A DNA stretch of 64,000 bases from an uncultured Planctomycetaceae bacterium (GTDB lineage Bacteria; Planctomycetota; Planctomycetia; Pirellulales; PALSA-1355): assembly GCA_963785305.1 (NCBI GenBank), contig CAWAUV010000007.1:1728001-1792000 (forward strand), given 5' to 3'. Within the stretch, counting starts at the first letter, position 1; the number at the start of each line of letters is the position of its first letter. A program made the translations under genes and the position numbers. Below, piece after piece: positions 57,629 through 64,000 of the stretch. Under the pieces are notes generated by a model that made no database searches, was not told the origin of the DNA, and saw only the letters and a program-made list of their open reading frames with translations.

Positions 57629-59178
57629 CTAGGGCGCCGATAAAAATTCGCGATATTGCCGGTCGAGCTCCGGATAGTCGACGCCGGTGCTTTCGGCCAG
57701 CGTCCGTTCGGTCGCGTGGCCGGCATAGACGGCGCGCAGATATTCGGTCAGCGCCGGGCGGTAGCGGCCCAAGTGATCATGCATGAGAAACGTGGCGAGG
57801 CCGGCCGATTCAGTATAAAGCTTGGCGATGTTCGGGTCGCCCTTGAGTCGGTCGAGGCCGTAGGCGACAAGCTCGGCGAGCGGCGTGTACACGCCTTCGA
57901 CAAGCAACCGCTGGCGGGCGACCGGCATGCGGCCGGCGTCGAGTCCTCCGAGCGTGTAGCGGTCGGGCGCGCTCTGGGTGAGCGATTCGAAATAGCAGGC
58001 GATGCCCTCGGCGATCCAGATATTGTTTCGCTGGCCGACATCCTTCGCCGACGGAACCGCTTCGTAAAACAGTTGATGCGTCGCCTCGTGGTAAACGAGT
58101 CGAGCCTGCTGCTCATTGCCGGCGAAGAAATAGGCGCGGCGTTGGCGGTCGGAATAGAGTCCGAGCGTGATATCGATTTGCGGCTGATGCGGACGGAGAT
58201 AGTCGTTATAGCCGGCGCGATCACGGAAATAAGCGACTTCGTGCTTCTGAGCGTCGCGCGGGGCAAGTCCCTTGCCAGCGAAGCGCGCGGCCAAGTGATC
58301 GGGCTTTTCGAGATAACCGATGAATAAACATTCCCAAAAGTCGTGAAATCGCTCGAGCCGCTCCGCCAGTGCGACGCCTTGCTCGAGCCCGTGGTTCGTG
58401 GTGATTACATAGTTGGCCGATTCGATTCGCCAGCCGTTTTCGATTTCGGCATGCAGGCGGCGATCTTCCTCGTCGCTGATCCACCGATTCTGAAAGTAGC
58501 GGGCGCCGGCTTCGTATTTTGCGACATGGCTTTTGGGAATCCAGCCGAAGCGGGCGTGCCAGGTCTTGCCGGCGCCGGCCTGGTGAATGGCAAACGGCCG
58601 GCGCCACTGTCGACTCTTGGGCGCCTGGACATAACCCAGCAGCCGGCGAGCTTCCTTATGTTCGGGATTTTCGTGCGCGGCTTCGAGCACCAACTCCATT
58701 GCCAACGACGAGCGCCGGGCCGCGACCGCCTCGCGCCAGGGCAAACACATCCTCGGCCCGCGCTTCGCGCAGCTTGCGAAACTCGCCGAGCCAAGCCGCC
58801 GGTTCGGGCAGCGACCAGGGCGCTTCGTCGGGCAACACGAACAACGTAATGACATCGGGCGGGCGCGGCGGGAGCCAGCTGCGCACTTCGCTAGCTGGCC
58901 CGGCAAGCCCTTGACGCTCGAGCGATTGGGCCAATGTGTCGAGCTCTCCCGTATAGCGGGCATGGAGCATGGAGCGCGCCGAGGCAATGGCGTCATTGGC
59001 GCGTAGCTGGGGGAACGGCATCGCCGGCGCTCGCCGAGCCAGTGGTATCGCCCGCGCGGGCGGCGTGCGTCGCGGCGCAAAGAGCGATGGCGACAAACAG
59101 CAGTGCCGGCGCAAGCCTCGCGATCGACCGCCCGGCCCGAGTCAAGCCGCGGCAACGCAAACCAAGCGGAAACGCCAA
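57629..59178 (-). CDS. DUF1570-like secreted zincin metallopeptidase-domain protein; frameshifted N-terminal half
   Basis: HEATHQ and WIAEGIACYFE gluzincin motifs; P.H.EARRLLGY; signal-like N-terminus. Confidence 0.7.
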
Positions 59179-59289
59179 GTGAAAAACCGGGGCGCCGATG
59201 GCGTCACCTCGCTCCGACTAGGATCGGCAGTAGCAATCTATTCCAGCATACCATGCTCGCCCGCGCGATGAACTCCCTTGGCGCCCCGA

Positions 59290-60288
59290 TTATCGCTCGG
59301 CAAACGCCGAGTCAAACGCCTGCCGGCTGGGAGCGAAATCGAGGTTCTGCACGAACTGACACGCCTCGCGCGCCCCGTGTTCGCGATCCATGCCCGGGTC
59401 TTCCCATTCGACCGAGAGCGGTCCATCGTAGCGAATCTCGTTGAGTGCCCGAATGATCGCCTCGAAGTCGACCGAACCTCGGCCGGGCGAGCGAAAATCC
59501 CAACCGCGGCGTGGATCGCCGAAGTCGAGATGGCTGCCGAGCACGCCGGACCGACCACCGAGCGATACCGCGGCGTCCTTGATATGCACATGATAAATCC
59601 GCGCGCCGAACTCGCGAAGAAACTCGACCGGATCGACCCCTTGCCAGACAAGATGGCTGGGGTCGAAGTTGAAGCCGAATTCCTCGCGCTCGTCGACCGC
59701 TTCGAGCGCCCGCCGGGCGGTGTGAAAGTCGAAAGCGATTTCCGTCGGATGCACTTCGAGCGCGAACCGCACGCCGCATTCGCCAAACACATCGAGAATC
59801 GGATTGAATCGCTCGGCGAAGAGATCGAATCCACGGTCGATCATGGCCCGCGGCGCCGGCGGAAACGAATACACCAGCGGCCAAATGCTCGAGCCGGTGA
59901 AACCATTGACCACGCCCACGCCGAGCTTCCGGGCGGCGCGGGCCGTGTTTTTCAGTTCCTCGGCCGCGCGGTGATTCACGCCCTCGGGTTCGCCATCGCC
60001 CCAAACTCGCGATGGCAAGATCGCTTGGTGCCGCTCGTCGATCGTGTCGAGCACCGCCTGGCCCACGAGATGCGCACTAATGGCATGCACGTCGAGATCG
60101 TGCTGTTCGAGCAGATCGCGGCGGCCGGCGCAATAGCCATCGATCGTGAGCGCCTTGTCGACTTCGAAATGATCGCCCCAGCAGGCCAGCTCCAGACCTT
60201 GATAACCGAAGTCTTGCGCCTTGCGGGCCATGTCTCCAAGCGCCAGATCGGCCCATTGGCCGGTGAACAGCGTGACAGGCCGACTCAT
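59290..60288 (-). CDS. Sugar phosphate isomerase/epimerase (AP-endonuclease-2 TIM barrel, IolE/IolH-like)
   Basis: [49 protein letters not shown]. Confidence 0.9.
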   Translation of the reverse strand: MSRPVTLFTGQWADLALGDMARKAQDFGYQGLELACWGDHFEVDKALTIDGYCAGRRDLLEQHDLDVHAISAHLVGQAVLDTIDERHQAILPSRVWGDGEPEGVNHRAAEELKNTARAARKLGVGVVNGFTGSSIWPLVYSFPPAPRAMIDRGFDLFAERFNPILDVFGECGVRFALEVHPTEIAFDFHTARRALEAVDEREEFGFNFDPSHLVWQGVDPVEFLREFGARIYHVHIKDAAVSLGGRSGVLGSHLDFGDPRRGWDFRSPGRGSVDFEAIIRALNEIRYDGPLSVEWEDPGMDREHGAREACQFVQNLDFAPSRQAFDSAFAER

Positions 60289-60354
60289 GGCAAACACTCC
60301 CCGAAAAATGAGTAAAACTTCCGGCAAAAGGGGCTTCTCAGCCGCCCGCGCCGC

Positions 60355-61194
60355 TTAGCTGCTGGCGCTGCGATAACTCACGAGAGCGCGATGAAACAGC
60401 CAGCGCGAAAACACGAAACTCGCGACCGTGGCTAAAAGCGCATAGCCGGCGAGCGGCCACGACTGCTCGCTGAGCGGCAGCGCCATCAACCTCGCCGGCA
60501 CGTTCACCACTAGCAACACCGGCACGACGAACGTGAAAGCCAGCCGTAGCGGAGTGCCGACCGGACCGGTGTAGATTTCCATCGGATAGCGGGAAAACGT
60601 GGTGATATAGAACCAGAAGTCGTAGAGGTTCTGATTTCTTCCCAGCCACAGACTCGTGGCGGCCAGCGAGATCGTGAGACTGTAGAGAATCACCACCCCG
60701 CAGGCAAGATAGATCGGATAGAGCACGATCTGCAATAGCGTGGGCACAATCGCCAGCTTCCATAGCGAGTATCCGAGCAGTAGCGCCGCGAACAGCACAT
60801 TCACCAAACTCGACCAATCCACTTTTCTGAGCGACACGAGGAACTGGGTGTCGATCGGCTTGAGCAGGGCGAAGTCGAGCGCTCCGGTGCGAATCAATTC
60901 GCTGAACTCCTCGGCGTTGGGCATGAAAAAGGCTTGCACCACGCTGTTGATGAACATGGTGGTGGCGAGAAAGATGAAAAATTGATACTCGCCCCAGCCA
61001 TCGCCGCGGCCCAGCGACGGCGTGTATTTGAACACCAGCACATAGAACCCGAAATTCATCAACATCCAGGAGAGCGACGAGATCGTCTCGATGATGAAAT
61101 TCGCGCGAAAGGTCATGTCGCGCACCAGGCTATTGCGGGCAAACGCCCCGAACACGCCAAGGTAACGCAAGAAGATGTCGACGCGAGACGCCAT
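60355..61194 (-). CDS. ABC-2 family transporter permease (DUF990-like)
   Basis: FRANF, IRTG.LDF.LLKP.D, FSRYP.EIY, FTFVVP...V.NVPA, YRSASS C-terminus. Confidence 0.88.
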   Translation of the reverse strand: MASRVDIFLRYLGVFGAFARNSLVRDMTFRANFIIETISSLSWMLMNFGFYVLVFKYTPSLGRGDGWGEYQFFIFLATTMFINSVVQAFFMPNAEEFSELIRTGALDFALLKPIDTQFLVSLRKVDWSSLVNVLFAALLLGYSLWKLAIVPTLLQIVLYPIYLACGVVILYSLTISLAATSLWLGRNQNLYDFWFYITTFSRYPMEIYTGPVGTPLRLAFTFVVPVLLVVNVPARLMALPLSEQSWPLAGYALLATVASFVFSRWLFHRALVSYRSASS

Positions 61195-61327
61195 GCGCGA
61201 AGCCCGTTGGGCGGAAGGATTCTTCGGTCGGGAAAGTTCAGCGCGAGCGCCGCCGGTTGCGCGCACGGGCGAACGGCTTCATCTTAGCGGGCAATCGCCC
61301 GCCGGCCAAGAATGGCCCCCGCCATCC

Positions 61328-62578
61328 CAGGGCCAATCATTGTTCTAGTCTAGCGGAAGTCTCCCGCGTAGGATGAGTGTGTACGTGCGTCCACTCACCT
61401 TTATTCTGCTGGAGATGCTTGCATGGCGACTGCCGAAGCAACGAGTCTGCTCGATTTCTTGTCGCGGATTCCCGATCCTCGTGGGCGGCGGGGGCGACGC
61501 TTTTCGCTCTCGGCCATGATGGCCACCGTGGTTTGCGGAATCCTTTGCGGCCACCGAGGTTACAAGGCGATCGCCGATTGGATCGCGTCGCAGGACCGAA
61601 AAATCTGGTGGTTGCTGGGCTATTGGCGCAAGCCTCCTTGCGCCAATGCCTTCCGTGATCTGATCCTGGCCCTCGACCCCGTGATTTTAGAGCAGTGCGT
61701 GCGAGAATGGGTCGAGTCGCAACTGGGCGAGGTTGTGGATGAGGCAAAGTTGTCCGCCGTCGCGATGGATGGCAAGTCCCTGTGCGGAGTGCTGAACGCG
61801 CACGGACGGACGGCCCATCTGCTGTCCTTGTACGACCAAGAAACCGGCTATGTCTTGAGTCAAATGGAAGTCGATGGCAAGACCAACGAGATCACCGCCG
61901 CGCCGGAACTCTTGGAAACGATCGTCTTGAAAGGCCGCGTCATCACGGGCGACGCCCTGCTGTGTCAGCGCGAGATCTGCCAGAAAATCATCGACGGCGG
62001 CGGGCATTATCTCCTGGTGGTCAAAGACAATCAGCCGACTCTAATGCAGGCCATCGCCGCCGAGTTCGAGCCGGCCTTTTCCCCCCTATAACGAGAAGCA
62101 ACGCCAATCCCATCTCGATGTCGCCGAAACGTTGAACAAGGGACACGGCCGGCGAGAACATCGCTCTCTGCAAGCTTCGACCCGGTTGGCGAAGCACTTG
62201 GATTGGCCCGGCCTGGAGCAGGTCTGCCGACTCGACCGCACGACCTGGCGCAAGGGCATTCAGACCCACGAAGTGGCGTATGCCATTTCCAGCGCGCCAC
62301 GACCCAAAGGCTCGGCCGCCGACCTGCTGGGCTGGTGGCGCGGGCACTGGGGCATCGAAAACAAGTCCCACTGGGTTCGCGACGTGGTTCTGGGCGAGGA
62401 CGCCTGCCGAATCCGCAAGGGCAGCGCGCCCCAGGCGTTCAGCACGCTCCGCAATGCGGGCCTTACCCTCCTACGATCGCTAGGCTGCACCCAAATCGCC
62501 CAAACTCTGCGAGAAAACGCCGCCCGAGTCGACCGCCTCCTCACCAGACTCGGCATCTTGAAAGAATGAGCGACCCTG
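61328..62578 (+). mobile_element. ISAs1-family IS, copy 2 (1251 bp; transposase 61423..62091 plus +1-frame ORF to 62569); no visible target duplication
   Basis: Same IRs and transposase ORFs as copy 1; one visible SNP (C16759 vs T61402); left flank ccgccatcc is not repeated on the right. Confidence 0.95.
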
Positions 62579-64000
62579 GGGACCAGTTCAGCTTATGCGG
62601 CGGTGGCGAGGGGGGTGGAGCGGCGGTGGAAGGGGTGGCCGGGGCGTTGCGAGAGGTAGTCCTTGAGCCGGCCGTCGTCGCTGAGGGCGGCGGCGCGGAG
62701 CTGCAAGATCGCTTCCGCTCCGTCGGGATCGTCCCAGAACATTTCGGTCCCTTTCACGCGCAGGTTCATCTGTTTGATCAGCGACTCCATCGGCGCTGGT
62801 GACCGGCAGGCCCAGGCGGCGATAGCTGGGATAGTCCATCCGCTGGCGATTGTTCGTCAAGTACCGCACGGCGTCGACGAGCGGTTTCTCCGCGTCACTG
62901 GGTTTCGTATCTTCCCAGTCGATGCCCCGCGCGAGGCAGGCTTGCTTGATCTCGTCGATCACGTGATCGACCTGGCCTTGCCAGCACCAGGTGACGAACT
63001 TTAGATAGAGCGACCAACCCTCCGCATCGTTGGCGGCCAGCGCCAGCGCCGCGCGGTAAACGTATTGAATCGCATGAATGAAGTCGAGGACGGGCGTGAA
63101 CGTCGGAAAATGTTTTTTCCAGATCGACCAGTTCCAGTTCAGGCCATCACCGAGGAAGACCCGTAAAGGAGAATCGTAGAACCGGCGCCGCTGGGCTTCG
63201 CGCCGCATCAGCGGGCCGAAATCCTCCGAGCAGGACATACTGCTCAGCGCCGTGCGCAGCACGCGCCGCGGGCCTTCGTACTTCACGCGGCGGGGTTTCT
63301 CGGCGGCGGATTCTTCGCCGGGCGAATCGAGGCGGGGAACCGCTTTTTCCGCGATATTCGCCACTTTTTTCGCGATGCGAAAGGAAGTCGGCAACTCGGG
63401 GCAAGCGTCTTCGTCCGCGACATGCCGCGGGTTGAGAGACATTCGCTCGAACGAAGCGTTCTTCGTTTCGCGCCAGCCTTTCTCGCCCGACGGCACGACG
63501 CCGCGCCCCGGCCCGGCTCGCGCGTGCGAATGCGGCCGCCGTCGCAAGAGACCACCGCCGCTTCCGGCACGACGACTTCCTTGACGACTTTTTTATTGTC
63601 GCTGGGCGCCGGCAGTGCCTTCCCGTCGGCCAGTTCCTGGCCCACCTGTTTCACCAAACGCCGAATCGTGCTGCAGGGAACTTTGTGTCCCAGCACTTGC
63701 TCGGTGGTCACTTCCGCGCGCTTGAACGAACGGACTTCCGCGGCTAGGCAGACCACGGCTCGCGTCAACTCGGGCGTGACCTCGCGGCTATCGAGTCCCA
63801 ACGTCAACCGCTGAGGGAAAAAAAGACCGCCGGCAGCGGTCGCAGTAAGCGGTCGTCTCGGTCACCTCGACCCGGCCATCCAGGCTGGTGACCGGCCTCG
63901 TTGCGGTTTGCACGCGGCACGACGCTCCGCAGGTGGGGCAGTTCGCTTCCGTCGGGCAGCTCGCGGCGACTTCACGCATCGCTCGCTCTTGGGCTTCACG
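62579..64000 (-). mobile_element. ISKra4/ISLre2-like (Mutator-type DDE) insertion sequence, truncated by the window edge; transposase in four frame pieces ending at 62593
   Basis: CPTCG...YCDRCRRSFFP zinc ribbon, VSCDGG, FLGDG..WNW, LDFIHA..Y, YL.NN..RMDYP.YR..GLP, MESLIKQ.N.RVKG.E.FW; probable end GGGACCAGTTCAG. Confidence 0.85.

Noticed and set aside
16685..62578. Composite transposon formed by the two directly oriented ISAs1 copies
   Set aside because: Copy 1 has its own 9-bp TSD on both sides, the outer flanks do not match, and the enclosed 43 kb looks like ordinary chromosome

Overview
High-GC bacterial chromosomal segment with Planctomycetota (Pirellulales-like) hallmarks: a DUF1559 prepilin-type protein, a PPC-repeat protein, a DUF1570-like peptidase and a giant PEP-CTERM/PATR surface protein. 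About 35 genes are recognisable, and roughly 25-30 single-base frameshifts are scattered through unrelated genes, most likely long-read consensus errors. Contents in order: thioesterase, site-2 protease, a crtI-like/fabZ/fabI/glcF operon, an RloA/RloB (AbiL-like) ATPase-TOPRIM defence pair, alaC, a three-gene phosphorelay, an FHA-GAF sigma54 activator, an ISAs1 with 9-bp target duplication, a TolC/MFP/RND efflux system, a secreted TPR protein with 114-bp DPF-rich repeats, two GT-C-like membrane proteins downstream of a fused FAAL-ACP-alpha-oxoamine synthase, a ~2600-aa PEP-CTERM adhesin, sugar-acid enzymes, and a second ISAs1 copy abutting an ISKra4-like element. The best candidates for undescribed biology are the FAAL-ACP-AOS plus GT-C locus (possible glyco-aminolipid or sphingolipid pathway), the CrtI-like/FabZ/FabI fatty-acid tailoring operon, a conserved +1 recoding site in two IS families, and the DPF/NPF-repeat protein. 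All family calls come from motif recognition by eye; no database searches were run.
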